Below, piece by piece: positions 31,878 through 42,933 of a stretch of 64,000 bases of DNA (within the stretch, counting starts at the first letter, position 1; every line of letters begins with the position of its first letter). A program made the translations under genes and the position numbers. The stretch is from Cyanophora paradoxa CCMP329 (taxonomy: Eukaryota; Plantae; Glaucophyta): NCBI GenBank assembly GCA_004431415.1, contig QPMI01000461.1, forward strand, positions 20,364 through 84,363, given 5' to 3'. The notes under the pieces were generated by a model, which saw only the letters and a program-made list of their open reading frames with translations, had not been told where the DNA came from and made no database searches.

Positions 31878-32720
31878 ATGGGCGAATATAATCGAGTCCA
31901 ATTACCAGTTTACGCATTGGGTGCGCCCGCGGTTCACTTTCGACAACACGAGGTTGCCGACGAAATTCGCGGTGTGGAATCGACGGAACGCGCTAACTCC
32001 GCGAATGCATTTGATAAAAACAGCATGATACGTGTTAAAGAACTACGCGCCGACAAGAATTCGGGAGTGGTTAAAACGACTCAACTTCTTGTAACAAATG
32101 CGAATTTTAACGCGGGAATCGGGCAACCTGACGCATGGGGTGTGGATATTAGAACGTTAGATTTTGACGGAGAACGTGCCGCCGCTGTTGTCCGATCGGG
32201 AGGCGCTGTTATTGGCGGTGGTTGTCGTGTGTCGGGTATGCTTGCATCCTCCGTTGCTGTTACCGATATTCCCGATACTCTACCTGAACATGCGGACAAT
32301 CCGCAACGTATCCGTATGTACACTCCATGTGGAGACTATCCGTATGTGTTTGGAATGGTCAGAGTTGGGGTAGATAACGTAAATGCAACACAACCCGATG
32401 GAATTTTGGGAAATTGGTTATTACCAAATATTGCTATTCCTAAATCTATTGAGTCTATATGTCGTTCACAAAATGGTATTATCGGTCCAGCTTATACTTT
32501 CTTTGTTCAGGGAATCGGACGCGGTAGAGGTTGGGTGGAATTCGACAACCAGAACCCCGCTACGTTTAATGTTTGGACAACAGAAGTAGGAGGTTACGAT
32601 ATTCTCATTTTCGGAATGCGAACAGATCCAGCCGCTGTGGCGGCTACACGTGGTCTCAATCCCGATAACAACCTAAATAACTTCTACGATGATCCGTTCC
32701 CAGGTGATCCCACACCATAA
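31878..32720 (+). CDS. Fibre/spike paralogue C (shared N-terminal domain, non-C1q C-terminus)
   Basis: RVKELRADKNSGVVKTTQLLVTNANFNA..RSGGAVIGGG. Confidence 0.75.
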   Translation: MGEYNRVQLPVYALGAPAVHFRQHEVADEIRGVESTERANSANAFDKNSMIRVKELRADKNSGVVKTTQLLVTNANFNAGIGQPDAWGVDIRTLDFDGERAAAVVRSGGAVIGGGCRVSGMLASSVAVTDIPDTLPEHADNPQRIRMYTPCGDYPYVFGMVRVGVDNVNATQPDGILGNWLLPNIAIPKSIESICRSQNGIIGPAYTFFVQGIGRGRGWVEFDNQNPATFNVWTTEVGGYDILIFGMRTDPAAVAATRGLNPDNNLNNFYDDPFPGDPTP

Positions 32721-32739
32721 TTATGTTTTAATATATTAA

Positions 32740-33585
32740 ATGGCGGCACCCGCTCCACCCGAGCGTATCTTAACAGCGCAACTTTCATTAGCCGCGCCGG
32801 CAAATCACGTATTACAACATGCTGTTATCGATAATGTCGATGGTCTCGAATCTACCGAACTTGCACCTACTCTTAATACTTTTGGTGATACGCATAAATT
32901 GCGACTGAAAGAGTTACGATGTGACAAAAATAACGGAATCGTTAAAACTACGAAACTTCTTGTTACAAATGCAAACTTTAACGCTTTTTATGGAGATCCC
33001 GATAGTTACAATGATGATAACAAGGTTACCAACTTCGCTTATGAATCGAGAAACGGAGCGATTAAATGTAGATCGGGTGGCGCTTATATTGGGGACGGAC
33101 TAAGGGTCGGTGGTATCATCGGAGCGCCTCTAATCGTAAATGACCAACCAAACCCCGATGATGAAAACACACGTATTAGGACGTATTGCCCAGGTATGAA
33201 TGAGCCGTATATTATTAAGATTTATACAATCGTTATTAGTTTACAAACAGCGGTAGCCGATGTATTAGAACCCTTAGGAAATCATTATAGATATAGAGAC
33301 ACGATACCAGAGGACATTTACGCATTATGTAGAAGAACCGACGGAGCAAGACCGCGCCTTACGATACACATTATCCCCATAGATAATTTCGGTCAAGCGT
33401 TTCACTCAATACCTCTTTTAGATACGCAAGACAACCAATTTATAATAAGAGCGACACAACTTGGAAATTATCGAGTCATTATGTATGCCGAAAGAAACGA
33501 CGCAATCGCAACAGCTAACCGATTCGGTCAATATCTTAATACCAATCTATACAATCCCGTCGGCGGTAGCGATCCACAACCATAA
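32740..33585 (+). CDS. Fibre/spike paralogue D
   Basis: RLKELRCDKNNGIVKTTKLLVTNANFNA..RSGGAYIGDG; colinear with paralogue C. Confidence 0.75.
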   Translation: MAAPAPPERILTAQLSLAAPANHVLQHAVIDNVDGLESTELAPTLNTFGDTHKLRLKELRCDKNNGIVKTTKLLVTNANFNAFYGDPDSYNDDNKVTNFAYESRNGAIKCRSGGAYIGDGLRVGGIIGAPLIVNDQPNPDDENTRIRTYCPGMNEPYIIKIYTIVISLQTAVADVLEPLGNHYRYRDTIPEDIYALCRRTDGARPRLTIHIIPIDNFGQAFHSIPLLDTQDNQFIIRATQLGNYRVIMYAERNDAIATANRFGQYLNTNLYNPVGGSDPQP

Positions 33586-33605
33586 ATCTAAGGTATATAT
33601 AGGGA

Positions 33606-33878
33606 ATGGATGAAAAAACAAGAAAGTTTATAGATACCGCTATGTCAGTCCATGGTAAGGATAAATTTGATTATAGCGACACTGTTTATAAGAAAGCGCA
33701 AGAAAAGGTATCTGTTAGATGCCTACAATGTAATAAAGTCTTTCAGACGTACGGATTTAATCACATTAAGGGGTCAGGATGTAGACAGTGTTCTAAGAAA
33801 CACTCACATGCATACAGGAAAAAAACTACATGGGGAATAGTAATAGAAGAGAAGCCAATTATGTTGTACTTTGATTGA
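33606..33878 (+). CDS. Stand-alone DUF723-like zinc-ribbon protein
   Basis: FIDTAMSVHGKDKFDYSDTVY..KVSVRCLQC..HIKGSGCRQC. Confidence 0.75.
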   Translation: MDEKTRKFIDTAMSVHGKDKFDYSDTVYKKAQEKVSVRCLQCNKVFQTYGFNHIKGSGCRQCSKKHSHAYRKKTTWGIVIEEKPIMLYFD

Positions 33879-34674
33879 TTTCGTAGTTAGTCATTATGAG
33901 ATGGTTCCTTTTCTTTTTTGATATACCATACACTTTACCATATGTATGTCGAATAAAGGGTTTAAATAGCAATTTCATTAATAAAGCATCATTAACAACC
34001 ATCATAACTTTGCATTTCGCGGTCTTAAATAGATCTTCTAAATCCAAAAAGAATTTTTCCAAATCGAATTCTACATTTTCGTAAAAGTCATTATTGCTAT
34101 TAACGTATGGAGGATCAAGAAATATGAATGCATCCTCATCATCTTTGTATTTCAACACAATATCCCGATAATCCCCAAGAGATAAGTTCACATCTCGTAG
34201 GAAATCATCGTATGGTATCTTCTTTTTAAGAGTTGTATATGAACTCACCTTAACGTTTCGTTTTTTGAAATCACGGAGGGTTTTAACATTTAAAACGCTG
34301 TTTTTAAGAAGATAGAAATTATGCGCTAAGTAATCTATTGCATCTTTACGATCATGTTGTAGAAACTTCTTATAAACTTCTTTATGCTCTTCTATATTGC
34401 TTACTGCTTCGAACTGTTGAAGACTATCTAAAAGTTTTACTTTACTGTTTGGGTCTTTCATTGTATTCAAGAAAAGTATATGTGTTTCGTCGTTATCATT
34501 CATAAAGTAATCAAAACGTTCTTTATGCTTTTCCCAAAGATAGAAACTAAATGCACCTGAACCACAAAATGGTTCTATTATTTTATTTATGCCTTCTAAA
34601 TCGATAAAAGGATTGATTGTATCCATTTCATTGTATTTATTACCGACATACTTATGGTAAAAGTGAGTCTTCAT
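33859..34674 (-). CDS. D12-class (Dam-like) N6-adenine DNA methyltransferase
   Basis: YVGNK, IIEPFCGSGA (motif I), MNDND, FIFLDPPY (motif IV). Confidence 0.93.
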   Translation of the reverse strand: MKTHFYHKYVGNKYNEMDTINPFIDLEGINKIIEPFCGSGAFSFYLWEKHKERFDYFMNDNDETHILFLNTMKDPNSKVKLLDSLQQFEAVSNIEEHKEVYKKFLQHDRKDAIDYLAHNFYLLKNSVLNVKTLRDFKKRNVKVSSYTTLKKKIPYDDFLRDVNLSLGDYRDIVLKYKDDEDAFIFLDPPYVNSNNDFYENVEFDLEKFFLDLEDLFKTAKCKVMMVVNDALLMKLLFKPFIRHTYGKVYGISKKKRNHLIMTNYEINQSTT

Positions 34675-34698
34675 TTACCATAGATAAAGAAAAACAAA

Positions 34699-34854
34699 TT
34701 ACATATGGAGACGGGATAAAGAAATTAAGACTTTACCAGTCTTGTTTCTTGTAATAATGCAAGTATCAAAGCAACTTGGACATGTTTTATGATAATATAC
34801 CATTATGATATCAACCAACTCATACGGGAATACTTTTGCTAAGATGGTTCGCAT
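34699..34854 (-). CDS. 51-aa mini-ORF with an F-box-like N-terminus
   Basis: Manual translation MRTILAKVFPYELVDIIMVYYHKTCPSCFDTC..; fills the gap between MTase and AdoMetDC. Confidence 0.45.
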   Translation of the reverse strand: MRTILAKVFPYELVDIIMVYYHKTCPSCFDTCIITRNKTGKVLISLSRLHM

Positions 34855-34894
34855 CCTACTAATTCCGTTTTTAATTTTTCTATATAATTCATAA

Positions 34895-35293
34895 ATGAAT
34901 CATCGCGGATTCCATGTAATGTTAGATTACAAGTTCAACCATCCATTAATGATAGGATTGGACAACTTAGAGACCACAACGAAGTGGTTAATGCAATTTT
35001 TTCAATCTATTATTCAAGAACAAGGTATCAGAGTAGTACACAAGCACTGCGAGATTTTCGATGGTGGTCTTTCACCTCCGGGTTTTGCTATGGTTCTTCT
35101 CCTTGATGAGAGTCATTTAACCGCTCATTGTTACTCAGATCAGGGAATGTTAGCAATCGATATATTCACTTGTGGTACGGAAGCGGAGCGTAAGACATCA
35201 GTAATAAAGGAGATGATAGAAGAGAGGGTAACGTGTATGTTTAGCGGTTTGGAGAGAGCGGAGAAGCATAGAGTAGCGCGGTTTCCGAGTTAA
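34895..35293 (+). CDS. speD: S-adenosylmethionine decarboxylase proenzyme (prokaryotic class 1B, pyruvoyl-dependent)
   Basis: GFHVMLD, PPGF..VLLLDESHLTAHCY (E|SH self-cleavage site), AIDIFTCG. Confidence 0.92.
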   Translation: MNHRGFHVMLDYKFNHPLMIGLDNLETTTKWLMQFFQSIIQEQGIRVVHKHCEIFDGGLSPPGFAMVLLLDESHLTAHCYSDQGMLAIDIFTCGTEAERKTSVIKEMIEERVTCMFSGLERAEKHRVARFPS

Positions 35294-36275
35294 TCTTACG
35301 TGAATCAGTAAGGAATGACACCCCACCCTACACCCCACCGTTACCATAATTTATAGCATTCCCACTTTTCAAATTGCTATATATTAGATTGAAATTACCA
35401 TATAAATAAGTGTGTGATGTATGAATTAATGGATAGGGTGGGGTGGTGGGGTGTGGTGGGGTCAAATTTCAAGAAAATTTTGAGCGGATCCCAAAATATA
35501 ATGAATCTTCAAAACATGCCCCACCAGACCCCACCGCCCCACCGCATCGATAAATATATGATACCAGAGAGATTACACCCAACCACAGATCTAACGGTAT
35601 TAACACCCAACCTGTACAGATCTAACGGTATTTACACCCAACCCTGTAAAGATCTAACGGTATTAACACCCAACCTGTACAGATCTAACGGTATTTACAT
35701 GTTAATTACGGCTTCGATATCGTAGAGATTCCCGCACTGATTCCGTAACAAATTACACCCCACCATACACCCCACCATTACCATAAATTATAGCATTCCC
35801 ACTTTTCAAATTGATATATATTAGAATGAAATTAACATATAATTAGGTGTGGAAATATAAATTAATCGATAGGGTGGGGTGGTGGGTGTGGTGGGGTCAC
35901 TTTTCAGAAAAATTTAGAACGCCAAGAAAAATATAGCAATTCCAAAAACAGACCCAACCAGACCCCACCGCCCCACCTTATCATTAAATGAATCACGCAA
36001 TTAATTAATTAAATATATCGATTAACATGGAACATATCATGACTATATCATTTTTACATTGTACATATCATGATCATATCGAATTGTACATTAATTACAT
36101 CATATATATATCGATATTTACATATAAATTTGTATTAAATCATGTTAAAAATATATAAATTATGTATAAATTCATGTTAAATTCATATATATTTATGTAT
36201 AAAAACACATAAAGAAAAACAAATATTTAACCTGAGCGGAACGCGAGGGTTAAATATTTGTTTTTCTTTATGTGT
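35174..36275 (-). repeat. Right terminal inverted repeat (1102 bp) with terminal hairpin at 36205-36275
   Basis: Reverse complement of 8587-9689. Confidence 0.95.
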
Positions 36276-36281
36276 CCTCTT
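36276..36281 (+). repeat. Right target-site duplication CCTCTT
   Basis: Matches 8581-8586. Confidence 0.95.
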
Positions 36282-38158
36282 CCGTTACCTGGTCGTCCAC
36301 CCCGAGGCCCTCTGCTTTCTCTGTAGCCGGGCGCGAATCGTAGGACATAAAGAAAGCAGGCTGGAGATTCATTAAGAATAAATAAAGAAGTCTTCAAGCC
36401 TACCAAGAATGCAAAACGCACCAAGCCTTTCAAAGACGAAATAATTTCATTCTTCTCTTTCATGTTGTAAAACTTGAGCATCTGCTTCTTGTGGATGTCC
36501 TTCACCTCGTCGCTCGACAACTCCGGTCCAGAAACTGAAGCGATGGAGGTTACAAGGAATCCCAAACACAAAACAGGACTCACAACAAAAAAGTGTTGTT
36601 CCTGGCACAGAAGCCTTCAGCGCCTTCATCACAGGCCGAACCTTCGTGTTGGTCTGGGTGAACCACAAGTCAGATCACAGGCCGTAAAGCATGAAGGATA
36701 TAAAGATTGAGACCTCGTACACAGGTGCCAAAGAAACGCCGATTACTGATGAAGCGGTGAACCCGTGTTTCTCAGTGGACACGGCGCACATCGCGTCGAC
36801 AATATGATCAGGTTCAGCAGCGTTCTGACGGAGCACACCGAGTGGCTCCGAAGTGAACCCCTTCAAAATATGCTCTCCATTGGAACGCGTTGCAAGATGT
36901 CCTCTAGAAGAGCATGGAAAACCTGTTGGCACATACGAGATCTCAAGGGACGGATTCTGAGAAAGACAAACATGAAGAAACGCACAGAGCCATTCCTCGC
37001 CTGGGAGAAAATCCACTGTAGGACCCGCGGATCGAGGCAATTTGTAAAGCTTGCGAAATTCCGAGTCAGACTTCGCCGGTGGTCCACAGTTCTGGGTTCG
37101 GCTGTTTCCTGTGTCAAGACAGGGTGAGCAGTACGTCGACTTGCACCTGCCACGATGAATAAGTAGCGAATACGATCGCTTAAACTGCAGAAGCGCTTAA
37201 CTTCTGCTTACCACTTATTGCCACAGCTGACAACTCGCTGACCTTCGGGCACCAAGAGCCCACACGCCGAACAAACGGCGTTCTCCGCAATGTTTTCAAT
37301 GAAACTCGAAATCGGTTGTGCAGCCGAGACAGCAACAGCATCCGGGCTGTGAATCGAGGTTTGAAACGGAATTCTTTTAACTATCTCTGACAAACGTGCA
37401 CCTGCAATTTCACGACGTCCGTACTTCTCAAAATGTGTTTCATACTCTTGCAGTTCCTCTTCATCCCATGGTTCTGGCTTCTTGGCTGAGAAACAGTCAG
37501 AAATGCAAATCCCACATTGCCACTGCAAAACTGTCACGGAAAACGCACGTTCGAAGGGAGCTTTCCCGGCTCTTGAGGGTGTGGGCGAGGAAGATGGCGA
37601 GCGATGGGGCGTAGAAGAGCCGCCGGGCACGGGCGAGGTGGAGCCGGCCCCCGCCGCCAGTGGTGCCTTCTCCTTCTCCTTCTTTGCCCTTTTCTCCCTC
37701 GCCATCGCAACCAAACGCTTCGAACACGTCAAAAGCTCGTGCGTCGATTTACGAAGCTGAGCCAGCGCCTCCCTGCATTTGCTGATTTCCGCATCGGTGG
37801 TAGCGACTTCGAGACGCTGTTTCAAGTCTACGATGCTCGAAAAAGAGTGTGAGAAACGAGCCATTAAAAAATCGCCTTGCAACTCCCGAAAGAGTTGGTC
37901 TGCTTCTTGATTCATCCGATTTGCCTCGGGTTGGGCTGGTCCTGCCGCTGGTGCTTGGGCTGGTGGTTGGTCTCCGCCAGGTTTGTCGAAATCCGCTTGC
38001 GGCGCAGATGGGGATACGGAGGCACTCGCATCAGCGCTAGCTGCACCCCCGGATGCTCCGGCCGCGGGTCCCTCCAACGGTAATATTCCAGCAGAAAGGT
38101 TTTCGGCTCCACCTGAAGACAAATCAGCCAAGACCAGCGCGATCCAAGACGATCCCAC
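36276..38158 (-). pseudogene. 5' part of the gene disrupted by the viral insertion (coiled coil, CxxC motifs); start uncertain
   Basis: Minus-strand ORF 37208-38158 and downstream exon-like frames lead into the insertion junction. Confidence 0.5.
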
Positions 38159-40157
38159 CTAGTGGTGGCCGGGTACTGTCTGAAAGTTGGGCTGTTTCTG
38201 CGAGAGAATTGACATCCTGTTGTATTTCGGGATCATGATCAGCATAGTAGTCGGGCAGAAAATGGAATGAATCTCCTAATTCGGTTATCTACTTGAAGTT
38301 CGTTAGGAACAGAGGTGCCAAGGCCTGACGGCCGAAAGAGCCGCGTCCGCAGTTGGTTCGCACCCGCGATTGCAATTGCTTGGGATCCTCGCCCGCGGCC
38401 GGATCCGGATCCATAGCAGCCGCGCGCGCCAACCGGGCTGCCGTGCCGCAACAAGTTCAGATTCTGTAGCTTGTCGTACTCGAAATGGAACGCGCCGTCA
38501 AAGTTCCAACCGGCGCGACCGTGCACGTTGAGAAGCGAGTTCAAAGCCACCCGAAGATGAACTGCGCCAGAAGACAAAGCGTTTCATGCTCAGGTTATCC
38601 GAAAACATCACGCATAGGCGGAATACTCCGGGATCCGCACCAATCAAGAAGATTAGCTATTCCGATTGACCACACTGATTGAACAAGTAGATGTAAAGCC
38701 GCCCGAATGACCACACTGAGCAAGTTGCGGCCCGGTTGCAAGTTGCGGCCCGGTTGCCTTTTGGGGGGGTACCCGCACGCAGCCCGGGGCGACGGCCGGC
38801 GGCGTGCCGGTACGGTGCGGACTCTACGCTGTGCGGACTCTATACTAGTTGGACCTTGCAGGCAACAGGAGAGCTAGTTGCAGTGCGGGCAAACATGCAT
38901 ATGCAGGCCGCCTCTCCCAAGCTAGTTACATCGCAGCTATAGCTAGCAGGAGAAGTTTTTCGGCCTACCGTCCATGTGACTAAGCGGTACACGAGGAGCA
39001 GCACTCCGGATTCCTCAGCCAGCCTTCAAACGACCATTTGCAGTTCGCGCGTACGAGCGGCCAGAAGCAGCCCGGGCGCTTCGAAGAAAGGAAGAGGGCC
39101 GGCTAGCTACCTTGCAGTCGCTCCCCGCCGCGACGATGCTCTCGCCAGCCGTACGTCGGCGACAAAAACCAATATGCATGCAAAAACGAGGTGCGCTGAG
39201 AAACCTACACTAGCTGCGGCTCAGAACGAACTCAACGATCTCTTTAAATCACATGCCGCTAACGTTGCGCTTGTCTGCGGCACCCCTCGAGCAGGTTTGG
39301 GTCACATCGCCAGAACCGTGCACTCGCAGCCACCGACAGCGATCTGCCTACGTATACGTATACGTGCGCACCGATCAGCAAAGCCAGAAACAAGCGGTCG
39401 TCGAGCGCACCAGGATAACAAGGCGCCGACGTGCCATAGCGGTCATTCTGTCCATTCCGGCGACGCTGTTTAGTCAGCTTATGTCGACACTGAAGTGGTT
39501 TTATACCGTAAAAGCGCACCGAGACCTGCCGCGGGCGCCGTGGTGGTGAGCTGGCTGCAGGTCTTTCTCTTACCTGATCTGGTGGTGCAAAGTTAGGGGC
39601 GCGAAGCGCAGTGCCTGGGCCGGGAGGCAGCACGAATAGTTTATATCTAACATTGAGAAAGCGAAGTACGCACGTCTGGGCGGCGGGGCTCAGTTTCCCG
39701 GGCGGCGGTCCGGCCCGCTGCGCGCGGCGAGGCCGGGCGCGCCACCCGCTGCGCGGCGGCGGGTCAGGTCTTGCACGGGGATAGTGCACATGCATACCAA
39801 AGTGGTGGCGTACCGTTAGAGGCACCTGGCGTCCGAGAAGAGCGAGGTGCGACGGAAACGCGATGGGGAAAACTGATCTGGGAACGCGCGACCGCTTCCT
39901 GTGAGCGGAACAATCTATCATTCAACATTCATTCAGCTCGGACCCGCGGCCGGATCCCTCGAGGACTCAGTCAGGGCCAGCTCGTTGCAAGAGGCGAAAA
40001 CGAGGACGAAACGCCAGAGGCAGCTTGCAAGTTGCAAGGCGGTCTTGCAAGGCGGTCTTGCGCATGCAAGGCGGTCTTGTAAGCCGGCCTAGCGCTTTGG
40101 CTATAGCTAGGTTTTGACCCCGCTTGCACTGTACCCCAGCTGTTTTTTGGGGGCCAA

Positions 40158-42933
40158 ATGGCCGGGCCGCTTGTTGACCATGCCGGCGCCAGCGCTAGCT
40201 GTAGCGGGCCTGCGCCACGATCCGCATTGGCTGATGGCCGCGTGCGATCTTTATCAGACTTCCCTGAAGACCTCTTGATCAAGCTCACAACAGAAGTCGG
40301 CATCGTCGACGCCTTAGGAAATGGCTCGATGAAGCTAAGCCGGTTCATGAAGCAAATCGTTGAAAAGCAAGCTTGGCCGGAGCTCCAGCTTACGTCGTGC
40401 TCTGCGTTCGGGCATGGACGATATGTGCAAGATGCCGTCTGGGCTCAAGTCTTGGACCGCTTGATTGCCAGCGCTCAAGATGGCCGCCTCAGTGTTCGGG
40501 ACTTGCAATTGAAGCGCAACGATTTCCCGAAATGGCACCGTCTTCATTGCAAGGGTGCGCGGCGGCGTCGACCTCGGGCAAACATGAAATTAAAATCGCA
40601 ATCGCAAAATCGCATGACCAAAGAGTTGCGTTCGAAAACAGATTCCTTCGCTACTTCGAATTTTATCTCAACAGCGTGCGGGTTTACAGGAAGTCCGAAT
40701 CAGCCACCCTGACTTCGCTCGCAATCTGGCAGCGGGATCCCGCTGTAGGTAAGCCTCAGGCGCAATTCTCTAAAACGCAGATGTATGCAACTGAAGATTT
40801 GCACCTCAGGATTCCCTGGGAACTGAAGCGTAATGCGGTGGTACCGCCGAAGAAGTATCCAGCCCTACGCTTCAGTCCTGACGAATCTGAAACAATCGAA
40901 CTCGATCCCGACCTGAACGTACTAACAGCAAAGATGACATTGACATTCCCTCTGACGACGTCGGCTCGCTTGGATCGTCCGCCGAAAACGAGCTCTGTGA
41001 CTGGGATAACAAGCGCGTTTCACTGGATCCCCCCGGACTTCACTCCGACGACTTTATGAGCGGCGATGGCGAAGACTGCTTTATTCCACACCGTGCACTA
41101 GGCGAGGCTGCTACTATTCGTACGGCACTGTATCCGCGGCATAGGTATATACAAGATATCCTGGCCAGTATCACGAGTTCGTCCTCAACACTACAACTGC
41201 TTTCAGTTGATCTGAACATTGATGTGATACGAAATAATTTCTTTGGAATGCCGCCACGTGCGTGTACGGGGCATTTCAGTTTTTGAAATATTGACCCTGG
41301 AAGCAGTCGGTACACGCCGGAAAAAGTTGTTCGAGGCACTCACCCGACTCGTTAAAATCGAACATCTCGATATATCTGGCAGTTTCGTCGTTGACGCCGA
41401 GTTCATCACCGAGCTACACCAGAGTATCGAGCCATCTGCTTGCATTTGGCGGTCGCTTGGACTGTCAGTCGGAATTCTATCGAAGCCAGTTGACGGGCAC
41501 GAGAACAGCCGTCAGTTTAGAGCAGTGGAGTTCAATGCTTACAGAGAAACTGCGGTCCGGGCCGCTGAAACTATCGCTCGTCGGTTCCCCGCGCTGGAAG
41601 TGCGTGCTCGCTTCATTGCGTTGTTGTTTTCTGCACCTGTGGCTTATCATACTCGAGCAGGAGCTGAGATTTCTCACACCGCAAGCGTTCAAGGGAGTCC
41701 AGAATATGGAGCAATACATAGCTCTCCCCAGCCGGGGACTTACAGCACTATTTACCTTGAAAACGCTGAAGGCCCTTCAGATCGGTCCGCACATATCCCT
41801 TATAATTACCGAGTTGTCCCTCCAGATTGGACGGAGCGTTAGATATCATATACTGACATTGTAGCGTTAGATATCTTTTCTCTAATAGACGCGAACCACG
41901 GGAGAGAGAGTTTCAGAACAAGCCCGATCAAGTACCTCTCCGTTATCGAATGTGACCGGCGGCAAGCGAGGGACCAACATAGCTCAGAAGCTTTGCGGGC
42001 GCTGATAGCGGTCAATTTTGCGTCACTCGTGGCTTACTGTCCTGTGCGTTCGAATTCATGTGTTTAACTGCCAACGGGCGCACATGCAGTTGACGACTGT
42101 GCCTCCCCTAGGATTCTCTCAGACATCTCACCTTGATGAGCAAAACATGGTTTTCTATGAACATCATGACGTCTGTTGCCCTGATTACCAATTTAACGTC
42201 TCTCGTGCTCAACATCGACATGACGCATTCCGCGACTCCGCGCCCTAAAGGCTATCGCTGTTCTGGGTGCTTCCACCAACACGTAAACAACATGGACGAT
42301 GAGCAGTTGTATCGAGAACGGGATCACAATTCGGCAGCGGCTAATCTGGAATCCCTGCAAATGATCCGAGCCTTGACCTACCTCGAGCTGAGGCTCTCAG
42401 GATGCAAGCATCGCCTTGTCAGCTTTTTGGAAGCTCTCGTCCTCAAGAAAGTGTTCAATGCACTGAAAGCTGTTAAAACTTTCACTCTCAGCATACATCA
42501 CACACGCATCGCATACGGACTTCCAAAATTGCAGAATGTCGACGTGTCAACGCCAACGTACGAGATCGGAACTGCACTTCAAGAGTTTGATAAAGCCGAC
42601 GAATTAGTTGCACAGCAAGCAGCAGCGGTCATTTCGACGTATTCGGATAGAATCACATCATATCGTCGTGTTGGTAGTCTTCCAGTCGTTGAGGAGTGCA
42701 AGGCTATTCAAAAGGCCAGCGCGTCGTTGGTGCAAGTTGGCCTATTTTTCAGCCCATCACGTCGAATGCGGAATTCGTACACAAGCGATTCTGCAGTATT
42801 GGCTGATCTCGAACGTACTCTCGAACCGCTTCGCGGGGCCCTCCCCCTCCTCCATTGTGCCGCGCCCGCCGCGACATTTTTTTCAGGCATCCCTCTTCCA
42901 GAATCCCAGCTATGCTGCGGCATGTCTTGTTGA
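40158..42933 (+). CDS. Multi-exon F-box/leucine-rich-repeat-like gene; exon structure unresolved
   Basis: SLSDFPEDLLIKL (F-box-like); LVKIEHLDISGS, TNLTSLVLNI, RALTYLELRLSG (LRR-like) in successive + frames. Confidence 0.6.

Larger units (their letters stand above)
8587..36275. mobile_element. Complete endogenous Polinton-like / virophage-like dsDNA virus (27.7 kb)
   Basis: Sharp drop in GC, 1.1-kb TIRs, 6-bp TSD, dense intronless ORFs for MCP, two pentons, A32 ATPase, pPolB, rve integrase and primase-helicase. Confidence 0.97.

Noticed and set aside
8587-36275. AT-rich block as contamination or chimeric assembly
   Set aside because: The exact 6-bp TSD and restoration of a host reading frame across the junction show true integration
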